Positions 38,598-53,200 of a stretch of DNA of 64,000 nt are shown one piece after another (position 1 is the stretch's first letter; the number at the start of each line of letters is the position of its first letter). This stretch comes from an uncultured Planctomycetia bacterium (GTDB lineage Bacteria > Omnitrophota > Gorgyraeia > Gorgyraeales > Gorgyraeaceae), in assembly GCA_964566255.1 (NCBI GenBank), contig CAZMID010000001.1, forward strand, positions 83,152-147,151, in the 5' to 3' direction. The notes below the pieces were generated by a model. The model saw only the letters and a list, made by a program, of their open reading frames with translations, was not told the DNA's origin and ran no database searches. The position numbers were made by a program, and so were the translations under genes.

Positions 38598-40322
38598 TCA
38601 CTCCATCATCTGAGTTATCTTCATTACCTCAGTTGGCGTAGTTAGTCCTTGTATAATTTTATTCCATCCAGACAAGGCAAGTGATTTCATGCCGGACTTT
38701 ATTGCAGCTTGCCTTATCTTATCAGCCGAAACCCTTTCTAAAACTAATTCTTTAATTGTATTATCAAGTCTTAAGATCTCACAGACTGCTATACGCCCTC
38801 TAAAACCAGTAAAATTACATTTTTCACAACCCTTGCCTCTATAAAAAATAATATCAGCTCCTTTTATATCCTTTTTAGCAATATCTTTTCCTAAAATAGA
38901 CTGTGCTATCTGAAACTTAGCATCATTACTTATAGTCTCATCCTTTTCTTTGCAAGATGAACAAATCAACCTTACTAACCTTTGGGCAATAAAAGCCTCC
39001 ACAGAAGAAACCAATAAATAAGGCTGGACCCCTATATCTAAAAGCCTTGTCACTCCACCTGCTGCATCATTTGTATGTAATGTACTAAATATAAGATGTC
39101 CTGTTAAAGCAGCTCGTATAGTAAGTTCTGCCGTTTCAAAATCTCTTACTTCTCCTACCATCATTATGTCAGGATCATGACGCAACATACTTCTTAACCC
39201 TTCTGCAAAATCAAACTTTATCTCAGGCGCTACTTGAATCTGGCTTATACCTTCTATTTCATACTCTATAGGATCTTCTATGGTAAGGATTTTATTTTCA
39301 CTGGATTTTATTTTATTAAGGCATGTATATAACGTAGTGGTCTTACCGCTTCCTGTAGGGCCTGTTACGAATATAACGCCGTGAGGTTTTTTAATTAATT
39401 CTTCCAATATTTTTAAATCATCCTTTTCCATGCCTAATTTTTCAAGGCTAAAAAGCATCTTTGCAGGTAATATCCTTATAACAATACCTTCACCATACCT
39501 AGTAGGAATAGTAGAAATCCTCAAATCAAGTTCTTCATCGCCTACTTTTACAGTAGCACGGCCATCCTGCGGAAGACGTCTTTCTATAATATCCATCTTG
39601 GACATTATCTTTATACGAGATATTATTGCTGAGAAAAATTGCTCAATATCTTTAGGGATACTCGCATCGTACAATACTCCATCTATACGGTAACGTATAT
39701 TCATCTTGCCTCTAAAAGGTTCAATATGAATATCAGTAGCGTTTTTCTCTTTTGCATCTAAAAGAATTTGATTTACTAGATTTATAACTGAGGCGTCCTC
39801 AGTTACTTTTTCTATATCAGCTACATCTTCTTTAGCTTTATACTGTTCTTTAGACTTTCTAGGGCTTTCTGCGATAATTCTTTCTACAGTTTCAGCTCCT
39901 ACGCCGTAATATCTCCTGATGCATTCGACGATTTCTTTCTCAGTAGATAACACTTGGGTTATCTCACACCCTAAAAGCAACTTTACATCATTAAGCGGGA
40001 ATAAAGGATCAGAAGTCGCTATAGTCAGGATATTGCAGTCAAATTTTATTGGCATAATAGTATAGTGCCATGCAAATTTAGCTGGGAGCTTCTTAACAAC
40101 TGATGGATCTATCCTTATCTCCTTTAATTTCATATAAGGAATACCCAATTGTTCAGAAAGCGCCAGTAAAAGATCCTCTTCCTTTATAAGGCCCATCTTG
40201 ATTAATATTGTACCCAAGCGCTCACCAGTCTTACTTTTACGCTGTTTATCAAGCGCTTCTTTAAGTTGTTTAGAATTTATTAGATTTTTTTTAAGTAATA
40301 TCTCTCCTAATCTGATTGCCAT
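38598..40322 (-). CDS. gspE: T2SS/T4P assembly ATPase GspE/PilB
   Basis: N-terminal RLGEILL MshEN-like repeats, TDIHIEP, RRLPQDGR, Walker A GPTGSGKT, EDPIEY, LRHDPD, TGHLIFSTLH, Cys zinc motifs. Confidence 0.95.
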   Translation of the reverse strand: MAIRLGEILLKKNLINSKQLKEALDKQRKSKTGERLGTILIKMGLIKEEDLLLALSEQLGIPYMKLKEIRIDPSVVKKLPAKFAWHYTIMPIKFDCNILTIATSDPLFPLNDVKLLLGCEITQVLSTEKEIVECIRRYYGVGAETVERIIAESPRKSKEQYKAKEDVADIEKVTEDASVINLVNQILLDAKEKNATDIHIEPFRGKMNIRYRIDGVLYDASIPKDIEQFFSAIISRIKIMSKMDIIERRLPQDGRATVKVGDEELDLRISTIPTRYGEGIVIRILPAKMLFSLEKLGMEKDDLKILEELIKKPHGVIFVTGPTGSGKTTTLYTCLNKIKSSENKILTIEDPIEYEIEGISQIQVAPEIKFDFAEGLRSMLRHDPDIMMVGEVRDFETAELTIRAALTGHLIFSTLHTNDAAGGVTRLLDIGVQPYLLVSSVEAFIAQRLVRLICSSCKEKDETISNDAKFQIAQSILGKDIAKKDIKGADIIFYRGKGCEKCNFTGFRGRIAVCEILRLDNTIKELVLERVSADKIRQAAIKSGMKSLALSGWNKIIQGLTTPTEVMKITQMME

Positions 40323-40340
40323 AATGCTATCTCCTTGGTT

Positions 40341-44425
<4,085 letters not shown>

Positions 44426-44426
44426 A

Positions 44427-45164
44427 TTAATCTTTCTTTTTTAACTTGGCTATTTCGTCTCTTAATTCTTTCATCCTGAGTTCTCTATCTACAGTTACAT
44501 CTTTAAATCTTTCTAGTTCTTTTATCTTCTCTGCCAGTTCTTTAGTCCGGACTTCGATGTTTTTCTCTAAATCTTCATTAAGTCTATTAATTTGTTCTTC
44601 TATTTTTTTACGTTCAGTATTATCCATAATAGAAAATATGAAACCTCTATCAAGATCGGCTTTATCAACTGCCTGCATTTTTACTACAACAGGGACTATA
44701 TGTCCATCTTTATGTAGATAACTATATTCATATGAAACACGTCCTTTTCTGGCTATATCTTTATAGATAATATCGTTTTCTACCCTTTCAAACTCCTCTT
44801 TGGAAGGATACGAAAAAGAGGTATTCTCTTCATTAAGCCATTTTTCTAGAGGCCAGCCAAGGATGTCTTTTATGGATTTACTTGCCCAAATGACTCTATG
44901 TTTTTTTACAAAAAGAATTGCTGCGGGAGAACTCTCCAGTATAAGAAGTGTGAGTTTCCGTGACTCTCCTTCTTTCTCCTCTGTATTTTTTACTTTTGAT
45001 TCCCACATCCAAGCTAGATATAAAAATGGTAAGCTAATTATGGGTAACGCTCCAAAAAGATAAAGCGGTGCATCATACGCTTCTATTATAAATATAAAAA
45101 TAGTGACAGTAATAAGTAATACTATTATAAGTATCTGAAATTTATACCTCAAGATATTAGCCAT
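44427..45164 (-). CDS. Membrane-anchored PAS domain protein with C-terminal coiled coil, no output domain
   Basis: Two N-terminal TMs, PAS/PAC (ILESSPAAILF...HKDG...DNTERK), terminal ELERFKDVTVDRELRMKELRDEI coil. Confidence 0.82.
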   Translation of the reverse strand: MANILRYKFQILIIVLLITVTIFIFIIEAYDAPLYLFGALPIISLPFLYLAWMWESKVKNTEEKEGESRKLTLLILESSPAAILFVKKHRVIWASKSIKDILGWPLEKWLNEENTSFSYPSKEEFERVENDIIYKDIARKGRVSYEYSYLHKDGHIVPVVVKMQAVDKADLDRGFIFSIMDNTERKKIEEQINRLNEDLEKNIEVRTKELAEKIKELERFKDVTVDRELRMKELRDEIAKLKKKD

Positions 45165-46031
45165 TTAATCAGTAACCCTTTGTCTTAACACCATACTACT
45201 AGCAAAGATCTCTCTGATATTTTTATCACTCTCTTCGTGGACAGCACGAAAATAAGCAAGTCTGGCTGATCTAGCCTGGTTCTTTACTTCATCTGAAGAG
45301 CCTTCTAGGTGAAGTACCCTAGCAGCCCATTCTGAAAGTTTACTTTCCCAAAAAATACTATATATAATATAAGTTAGCCATATTTCTACTAAATCTTCTA
45401 TTACCCTTTTAAAAGATGGCTCTACAATGAGCTTTTCCTCCTCTTCCTCCTCCTTACTAACTACCTCAACCTTTTTTGAAAATAGATTGCATGGAAACAG
45501 CTGTAAAGTCTGAATCTCCTGGATAGCAAAAGAGACAAAATGCGAATAGACGATGATAGTACGTCCTGCTTTTTTCTCACGGACTTGCTTAATAATATAA
45601 TTTTTTAAGTTTTCTACTTCTTTTACAGAGATATAATCACTTATCCCAGGAAAACTATGATATTCACTTGTTTTTTCTTCTACATACCGCTCACCTTGTC
45701 TTCCAACTACAGTCAAAAAATCCCCCTCGTTATACTCTTCAAAAGCAGTCACAATAATCTCAACATTCATCTTTCCTAAAAGACCTGAATCAGAAGTGAT
45801 AAGAACTATATTGGAAGGAAGTTTTGATTCATCTACAAAAACATGTGAAAAACCATTAAGCTTTACTACCTGAAAAAGTTTTCTTATATATTCATCGAAT
45901 TCTCCAAATTTTTTCCTTTCTCTTTGAAGGTGGGCAAATTCAGAGGCAGCAACTCCCTTTAAGACATTTATTATGCCAGCTATCTCTTTATTAAATTGTA
46001 ACTCTTCGCGTAAACTTGTTAGCTTTGCCAT
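45165..46031 (-). CDS. atpG: F1-ATPase gamma-like subunit (divergent)
   Basis: ITSDSGLLG (canonical TSDRGLCG), VVGRQG, EPS, ESKLSEWAAR, N- and C-terminal coiled helices; follows atpA. Confidence 0.85.
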   Translation of the reverse strand: MAKLTSLREELQFNKEIAGIINVLKGVAASEFAHLQRERKKFGEFDEYIRKLFQVVKLNGFSHVFVDESKLPSNIVLITSDSGLLGKMNVEIIVTAFEEYNEGDFLTVVGRQGERYVEEKTSEYHSFPGISDYISVKEVENLKNYIIKQVREKKAGRTIIVYSHFVSFAIQEIQTLQLFPCNLFSKKVEVVSKEEEEEEKLIVEPSFKRVIEDLVEIWLTYIIYSIFWESKLSEWAARVLHLEGSSDEVKNQARSARLAYFRAVHEESDKNIREIFASSMVLRQRVTD

Positions 46032-47500
46032 TCTGTCTTAAAGAACTTCTCAAGGGCAGTATCTAAGCCCTTTTTTATTTCCACAGTAAGCATCTTTTGA
46101 GAAGTTATATTTTCAATTAAATGTGGTTGGTTACTAACTAGATATTTATAAATCTGCGACTTGAATCTTTTCATTGCAGCTCTATCTAAGATTTCAGGGA
46201 ACTCCTTTGAAAATGCATAAAAAAGAACAACCTCTTCAGCCAATGATAAAGGACTTCCTTTATCCTGTATCAAAAGTTCATCCAAAGCCATACCTTTTCT
46301 GAGTCTAGTTTCTACTTCGGTGGAAAGCTTTGTCCTTATCTTAGTTAAGCTCACTAGTTCTCTATATTGGGCATGCTCCAACTTTAAAGCCTTACTTACT
46401 TCTTTTATCGCCTTAGTCTGAACCTTACTACCTATTCGAGAAACACTAAGCCCTAGATCAACTGCCGGCCTAAAACCTTCATTAAATAAATTGGTATTTA
46501 AATATAGCTGACCATCTGTCATTGAGACAAGGTTAGAACATACTAACCCTGTAACATCTCCTTCTTGGGTTTCTACAATAGGTAAAAGAGTCATAGAGCC
46601 TGCACCGTTTTCATCGCTTAATTTTGCGCCTCTTTCTACAAGCTGTGAATGTACATAAAATATATCACCAGGATATGCCTCTCTTCCAGGAGGCCTCTGC
46701 AACAATAAGGAAATCTGCCTATAGATCCAGGCATGCTTGGTAAGATTATCAAAAATCACCAATACATCTTTTCCGTGATTCATAAAATATTCGCCTAGTG
46801 CACAAGCTGAATAAGGGACTATATACTGTTCTGCTGGAGAGTCCGACGCACTAGCAGCTACAATAATACTATAATCCATTGCACCACCTATACGCAGCGA
46901 CTCAATAATCCTCATAAGAGCTGAGTGACTACCTCCTATCCAGCAAAAAATACATATAACATCTTTTCCTTTTTGATTAAGAATTGTATCAAGTGCAATA
47001 GTAGTCTTCCCTGTAACCCTATCTCCAAGAATGAGCTCTCTCTGGCCTTTACCAATAGGTATACAGGTATCTATTATCTTTATTCCGGTCTCTAAAGGCT
47101 CTTCTACGGGTTGCCTCTCCATTACACCAGGTGCTTCTATAAAAACAGGGTAATAATCATCTTCCTGGATCGCACCTTTTCCATCGGAAGGAATACCAAA
47201 ACTATTAAGTATTCTACCAATAGTATTCTTACTGACAGGAATCCTAAATACACCCTCTTCAGCATAAACCGTATCGCCTATGCTCAGATGACTTTCATCT
47301 CCTAATGCCAATGCCAATACTATCTGCTCACTAAACCCTATAACTATACCTTTAACATCAGAATGTAGTTCAAGTATCTGACCGTTTATACAGTTAGAAA
47401 GCCCTGTAATCTTTACTATACCTTTTTTGATTTCTTTGATGTTTCCAGTATCTCTTATTTCAAGTGGGGCTATTTTTATATTTCGTTTTGTCTTTGCCAT
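46019..47500 (-). CDS. atpA: F1-ATPase alpha-like subunit
   Basis: PIGKGQRELILGDRVTGKT, RPPGREAYPGDIFY, GSMTLLPIVETQEGD, SMTDGQ, RPAVDLGLSVSRIG. Confidence 0.93.
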   Translation of the reverse strand: MAKTKRNIKIAPLEIRDTGNIKEIKKGIVKITGLSNCINGQILELHSDVKGIVIGFSEQIVLALALGDESHLSIGDTVYAEEGVFRIPVSKNTIGRILNSFGIPSDGKGAIQEDDYYPVFIEAPGVMERQPVEEPLETGIKIIDTCIPIGKGQRELILGDRVTGKTTIALDTILNQKGKDVICIFCWIGGSHSALMRIIESLRIGGAMDYSIIVAASASDSPAEQYIVPYSACALGEYFMNHGKDVLVIFDNLTKHAWIYRQISLLLQRPPGREAYPGDIFYVHSQLVERGAKLSDENGAGSMTLLPIVETQEGDVTGLVCSNLVSMTDGQLYLNTNLFNEGFRPAVDLGLSVSRIGSKVQTKAIKEVSKALKLEHAQYRELVSLTKIRTKLSTEVETRLRKGMALDELLIQDKGSPLSLAEEVVLFYAFSKEFPEILDRAAMKRFKSQIYKYLVSNQPHLIENITSQKMLTVEIKKGLDTALEKFFKTEWQS

Positions 47501-47503
47501 ATA

Positions 47504-48238
47504 CTATCCCTCTCTAACTTTTTGTTTCATTACAGGAATAACTTTCTTTAGTTTATTCTTAACGCTACCATCTATGACAAAACTTCCTATCTCTATAAAA
47601 AGACCTGCTACTACATCTTCCTGTAATTTTTCAGTCAAAGTAATATCCTTACCTAATTTAGAAGAAAGTACTGCCTTCAATTTTTCTTTTTGTTTATCTT
47701 CTAACTTAAATGCAGAAACAACCTGTACCCTATCCTGCTTAACATTAACTGGCTTTACATCCAAGGTCTTTATATCTTCAATAAGACCACTTATCAGTTG
47801 AGTGTGTAAGGTTTCTAAGTCTTTATCTGTAAAAATATACCTAACCATATCTGTTGCAATATGAATGGCTTTACTTTCCATTTCTAAAAGCATATCCTTT
47901 TCCCTCATCTTGGTATCTTTTACTGCATCAGCAATAATCCTTTTTGCCTCTTCCTTTGATCTAGCAACCAATTCTTCTCTTTCCTTCTCAGCAGTTATCT
48001 TTGCTTCTTCTTTCATCTTCTCTGATTCAGCCTTGGCCTTTTCTATCTCAATGTCTGCTTGTTTTTTGGCTCGTTCAATCTCATCTTTAAGTATCTTTTC
48101 CTTCTGCATATTCTGTTGATTAAGTTTTTGTAGCCTCTTTACTGCCCTAGCAATCTGACTATATAAAAGCCATCTTAAGAATAAAACAATAGCAGTAAAT
48201 GTAACCATCTGGATCAGAATAAAATGGATTATATTCAT
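47504..48238 (-). CDS. atpF: Fo subunit b-like protein fused to a delta/OSCP-like C-terminus
   Basis: N-terminal TM (FILIQMVTFTAIVLFLRWLLY), long coiled coil, C-terminal VVSAFKL...VVAGLFIEIGSFVIDGSVKNKL typical of delta. Confidence 0.85.
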   Translation of the reverse strand: MNIIHFILIQMVTFTAIVLFLRWLLYSQIARAVKRLQKLNQQNMQKEKILKDEIERAKKQADIEIEKAKAESEKMKEEAKITAEKEREELVARSKEEAKRIIADAVKDTKMREKDMLLEMESKAIHIATDMVRYIFTDKDLETLHTQLISGLIEDIKTLDVKPVNVKQDRVQVVSAFKLEDKQKEKLKAVLSSKLGKDITLTEKLQEDVVAGLFIEIGSFVIDGSVKNKLKKVIPVMKQKVREG

Positions 48239-48240
48239 AA

Positions 48241-48453
48241 TTATCCCCCAAATAGATTATATACGATTAAAAGTCCAATAACGGCAATAGCCTCTGCAAA
48301 TAAAAACGCCAATATCATAGCTAGTAAAATCTTAGGAGCTGCTGAAGGGTTCCTTCCTAAGGCCCTAACACTTGAATATCCTACTGCAGCTATAACACCA
48401 GACGGGCCTAAGGTACTAATTAACATTATGAGAATAACAGTAAAGTTTTTCAT
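48241..48453 (-). CDS. atpE: Fo subunit c-like proteolipid (divergent)
   Basis: 70-aa hairpin, loop GRNPSA (canonical ARQPE/RNP), conserved carboxylate in FAEA; first helix lacks the usual GxGxGxG. Confidence 0.85.
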   Translation of the reverse strand: MKNFTVILIMLISTLGPSGVIAAVGYSSVRALGRNPSAAPKILLAMILAFLFAEAIAVIGLLIVYNLFGG

Positions 48454-49223
48454 AATTTACCTATCCACGCCTCCTCTAATTGGTTTAAATCCTCAAATTT
48501 ATACGTTTTTAATAACGCTTCTTGCCAATCATCTTTATCCCTGATGGCACGACAAAAATCTACAAACCTCTTTCTTCCATACTCTTCCAAAAGAAACGAT
48601 ACTAAACTTGCTGCCTCACTATATAAAACCACTGGCGGAATCTTTTGGTAATCCCTTATTTTAGATAATTCACTCACTGAAACAAAATTATCAGTCCCTA
48701 TAATCTTTTTAGCAGTATTAAGATATTTACTTCTATCTTTTTCTTGTAAAACTGCAACGCCTTCATCTAGCCATAAGGGTAATTTTTTATCATACCCTAT
48801 AGTCTCCCTAAATATAATATGCCCGAGTTCATGAGGAAGCGCCTCCTCCAGAAACTGCTCTTCTCTAGCATAAGTGATGATTTCTTTCTTAATGACTTGA
48901 ACTCTTGCCTTTGCCCAGTAATTAGTATCCCCATTGGATAGATATTGCTCCTTATTAGTATATAGATATATCCTACAGCGTTTTTTCCAGGTCCAGAAGT
49001 CAAGCCTCCTAAACCCTAAATAATTAGTAATATTTTTATAATATCTTTCAGCATTACTTACTATTTGGCTAAGATAGTCTCCAGAGCCTTCTTTATAATA
49101 GACGATAAAATGCTTACTCTTCTTTATCTTCCAGTTATTGTCCTGGGCACTTACAGTACTTACACATAGAAAAATACCTACGACCAATATTAGATAAATA
49201 TTAAACCTATTACACTGCTTCAT
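48450..49223 (-). CDS. Secreted zinc metallopeptidase (gluzincin / peptidase MA-like)
   Basis: Signal peptide ending VSA-Q, KSKHFIVYY, HELGH (HExxH), LPLWLDEGVA; start placed at MKQCNRF (49223), track start 49241. Confidence 0.82.
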   Translation of the reverse strand: MKQCNRFNIYLILVVGIFLCVSTVSAQDNNWKIKKSKHFIVYYKEGSGDYLSQIVSNAERYYKNITNYLGFRRLDFWTWKKRCRIYLYTNKEQYLSNGDTNYWAKARVQVIKKEIITYAREEQFLEEALPHELGHIIFRETIGYDKKLPLWLDEGVAVLQEKDRSKYLNTAKKIIGTDNFVSVSELSKIRDYQKIPPVVLYSEAASLVSFLLEEYGRKRFVDFCRAIRDKDDWQEALLKTYKFEDLNQLEEAWIGKL

Positions 49224-49231
49224 TTTGTAAT

Positions 49232-49260
49232 AGTGTATCATATAGATTTATGCAAATCAA
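49232..49260 (-). promoter_or_regulatory. Possible internal promoter for the peptidase-ATPase-T2SS run
   Basis: Minus strand TTGATT-17nt-TACACT with TG extension, 8 nt before ATG 49223 (would be leaderless). Confidence 0.35.
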
Positions 49261-49285
49261 ATTTAAATGAGGCTGTAACTATCTT

Positions 49286-50074
49286 CTATGTTTTTTGTTC
49301 GGGGGAAGCTGGTGGTGGGGTAGTTTCGGTCTTAAGTTCTTTTTCTTCTGATTCATCTACATTACCAAGGCCTGCCTGGCGGTGCCAGATAATGAAAAAT
49401 ACAAAGGAAAGCAGTGCCAATATAACAATAACTGCGAAGATTAATCTCCAAGTCGCCTTAACAGAGATTCTGCCAGAAGCCGGTACCCCTTCTCCTGCAG
49501 CCTTTGATAGTTTAAGCTTAAGCGCCATCTCATTTAAGTCAGCAAGGTTGGCTTTTATATTATTAAGTCTTTTTACATTCTCTCTATATGCGGCTATGTG
49601 GGTCTGAGGAACAGCATCCATTGCTTCATCTTGTTTCTTTAGAATCTTTTGTGCATCTTTTTCAACATTGATTTGTAAACTACCAGCTATCTCACCATAA
49701 GTAGTATTCTTTAATTTATCAACTAAATCTTTTATCTGATTAATTAATTCATTTACATCTGTCTTTGATATTACCCAAACATCTTCTATCTCAACAGCCC
49801 TCATAGCACTTTCACCAGGGGCTAATTCAACCTGTTTATAAACAAAATAAAGTGATTTGGTAATATCATAATCTATTTTCATGTCTTCCATATCAATGAT
49901 ATCTTCAGGGGTTACTTCTTTAGGAAGGTATGCCTTGAGCATTGCTTTTTGAGTCCTTGTCTTTGATGGATTAACAACAACTGTTTTTAATACAATACTA
50001 GCCCAGGAACAGGTAGCAACATAAAATATAATAAGTCCCATTAAAAACAGTATTCTTATTCTAACTTTATTCAT
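49286..50074 (-). CDS. Hypothetical exported protein with C-terminal membrane anchor
   Basis: Signal peptide (..ATCSWA), beta-rich domain (VVVNPSKT..YLPKEV..ELAPGES..IEDVW), helical stalk, TM TWRLIFAVIVILALLSFVFFIIW, short acidic/Pro tail; SD GGAGA. Confidence 0.8.
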   Translation of the reverse strand: MNKVRIRILFLMGLIIFYVATCSWASIVLKTVVVNPSKTRTQKAMLKAYLPKEVTPEDIIDMEDMKIDYDITKSLYFVYKQVELAPGESAMRAVEIEDVWVISKTDVNELINQIKDLVDKLKNTTYGEIAGSLQINVEKDAQKILKKQDEAMDAVPQTHIAAYRENVKRLNNIKANLADLNEMALKLKLSKAAGEGVPASGRISVKATWRLIFAVIVILALLSFVFFIIWHRQAGLGNVDESEEKELKTETTPPPASPEQKT

Positions 50075-50099
50075 TTAATATTTCTCCTATATAGGTATT

Positions 50100-50128
50100 A
50101 GTGTATATGATGTTTTTAGTTTTTGCAA
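50100..50128 (-). promoter_or_regulatory. Putative sigma70 promoter heading the ATPase/T2SS cluster
   Basis: Minus strand TTGCAA-17nt-TACACT immediately after the terminator. Confidence 0.5.
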
Positions 50129-50170
50129 ATAAAAAATCTAACCAGTTTCATTCTAGTCTGGTTAGATTTT
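50127..50170 (-). terminator. Rho-independent terminator after the giant gene
   Basis: 13-bp perfect stem AAAATCTAACCAG (50133-50145) / CTGGTTAGATTTT (50158-50170) running into a U-rich tail on the minus strand. Confidence 0.75.
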
Positions 50171-50205
50171 ATTAATTCCAATAGAGTAAACATATTCTCT
50201 ATTTT

Positions 50206-53200
50206 TTATTCTTCTATTGTCTCTATAATTCCTGTATCCATTTCTGCGGTTTCTGATGATACCATCCAAGTTGTCTGCACTGGTGCATCATTTCCTTGTT
50301 CTATAATATCCCTTACAAGATCAACTCCTGCTTTAACTTCTTCCTGCTTCTCTTGAATATACTTTCTATCACTCTTTCCTTCTTCTACGATCTTACCCAT
50401 ATTTCCTAAATCAACTCCTACCTGGCTAGTAACATTGTCAAATGCCTTACTGATATTAGCAAGGGCTGAAGATATACTCTGATTAAGCTCACTGGATATA
50501 GAATCTACTTCACTAGCCATACTAGTCAAGCCACCTAAAGCACCACTTAATGTTGCCAGTGATGACTCAAGAGTAGCTATAGTTGCAGCTGCAGATGCTA
50601 AGCTAGCTGTATCTATACCTGATACTGAACCCATAACAGCAGTGATATTAGAACTAATTGTTTCAAGATCTGCACTTATTGCCGCAACCGCTATTACATC
50701 AGTTGTGCCGTTAGATCCACTACATACAATACTATACAATCCTTCATCATCAGTTTCAAAATCATACGTATATATCCCTGTAGTCCCTACCTCTGACATT
50801 GAAGCAGCGCTTACTACTGTCTCCTCATCTGCATCATAAATACTTACAGTACAAGTAATGCCTGAAGTGGTCCTATATCTTATTTGGAAGGTATCTCCTG
50901 CCTCAAAATTAGTATATTCATTTATGATACGCGCACTTGCCTGCTTAGTTACAGCACTTGTTATGCTTGATTGCGATGAAGTAACAGCACTGGCTATAGT
51001 GGACTGTGAAGTAGTAATCGCTGTAGCTGTCGAGGCAGTGCCTGCTGTTATTGCAGCTTGAGTTGTGCTAGCGCTTGCTGTTACTGCGGCTTTGGTCAAT
51101 GTAGCTTGACTAGCTACTGTAGTCGCTAGTGAAGTTGTGCTGGCTGTTAACCTACTAACTATTGAATCTCCTCCACTTAACATATCAGCATCTGACATAC
51201 CAAACGCCCTATTAATCCTATACATCGTCATTGCTTCAGTAATATCAATTATATTCATATTCCAATGATAAGTACCTTCGTATTCAGCTCTTACCCTGGC
51301 TGAATATCTTGTACCTTCCTCAAGGTATCCATCAGCCCTTACATCTTCCCATACTGCCAGGAATTCTCCTGTAGTATTTAGCGTTGTAGTAGCAGTAGTA
51401 GATGTAAGCACTTCTGTATTACCATCAAATATCTGCACATAAAACTCAGTTACTCCTACTATACTATTATCCTCATCATTCTTAGGAATTAGGTTTTCTT
51501 GTTCCCTTAACCGAGCATTTAAATAAAGCATATCTGTAGAAGGACGATAATAGTGTTCTATTTCAACTGTTCTTTCCTTATTTATCGCTGCAGCATCAAG
51601 TGCTATATTAATCGTTTTATCATTCTCATCTGCCAAAAAGTTCGTAGAACCTGCTAAATAACCATTTCTTGAAACCTCAACACTAAACTGTACATTTGGT
51701 GTAAAGTATTGAGTTGCTGGAGAAACCACACCAGTAAAATCCCCGAATGTTAAACCTGTAGATGAATAATTAATGGTTACTGCAAGAGCTCTAAGGTGTC
51801 CGACAAGACCAGCAAGATCAGTTACATTTAACGTTGCTGCATAATAACTATTTGTAAAATCCCTAGTACCATAAACTGTTGAATCACTAGAATCTACTAT
51901 CTTAAAAGAAATAGCCTTGGGTGTATTATCGTTATTGACTGCATCAGGAGAACTCCATGAGTAGCTTCCATCATTAGCTATTTCACTATCTGCATATCCT
52001 TCATCTGTAGACTCTAAGTCTGCCATATTCTTCCAAGTGGTGCCACCGTCAGAACTGTAGAATAAATCTACATTTGCAATGGTTCCTGTTGTAGTCCACT
52101 CAATATCTTGAGCTACTCCAACATAAAATGTTGCATCAGCAGCAGGACTAGTTATAGTTAAAGCACCTTTAATACTAAGATTTGTATCAGAGGTATCATA
52201 TATACTAAGGTTAGAATCATCATATACCCTTACCTTAACTGTATCTGATATATCATCAGGGATATCTGTCCAAGTGTAAGTTCCATCATCTAAAGTAGAA
52301 TCTACTATTAAGGTAGAGCTACTAAAATTATCTGTAGAATATCTTATCTCAACATTGGCCCCTATAGATTCTCCTCTTGAAGTCCATGTAATATCAGTAC
52401 TACCAGCAACTGTCAGGGTATCTCCGCCATTAGGTGCAGTAAGATCTATCCTAGGTGCCGTTATCTCAAACACACCAGATGTTCCAATAACATCATAACC
52501 TGCAGTATCCCACGTCATATCCTGTGCTCTTATCTTAGCTGTATCTGATACTGTAAGATCATTTGGTATCTCCCATGAATAAGTGCCGTCATTGGTTTCA
52601 CCTGTGGCAATATCAACAACATCACCACTAAAAGTGCCACTTGGAGAATACTGTATTTTCATATCATCATAACATGTTCCTGCAGTAGACCACTTGATTG
52701 TATTCGTGTCGTTTCTTACCCAGATATTGCCTGCAACAGGTGCAGTAATAGTAATGCTTGCTAAGGAAATAGTAAATACTGCATCAGATGTATCGGATAC
52801 AGTACTGTCACTTGTACTAATTATCTTAATCTTACAATTACTAGAATCTGCTGTTGGTACAGTCCAAGTGTAAGTTCCAGTATTACTAAGACCTGTGACT
52901 ATATCAGTCCAAGTAGAGCCACTATTAGTTGAATATTGTAAGTCAACTTGTGAAACTGTTCCTGTATTTGTCCAGGTAATATCATTAGTTGTACCTACTG
53001 CCCAGTCCTGTCCGCCATTAGGCGCAGTCAATGTAAACTCTGGCTTAATGGAAAACACTGCATCAGAAATATCAAATATCCCTGAATCCTCTGCATCTAC
53101 TATTTTCACTAAACAATTATCCGAAATAGCATCAGGGATAGTCCAGTTATATTGTCCTGTAGCATCATCAAGGCTTCCTCCAACTAATGCATTCCATGTA

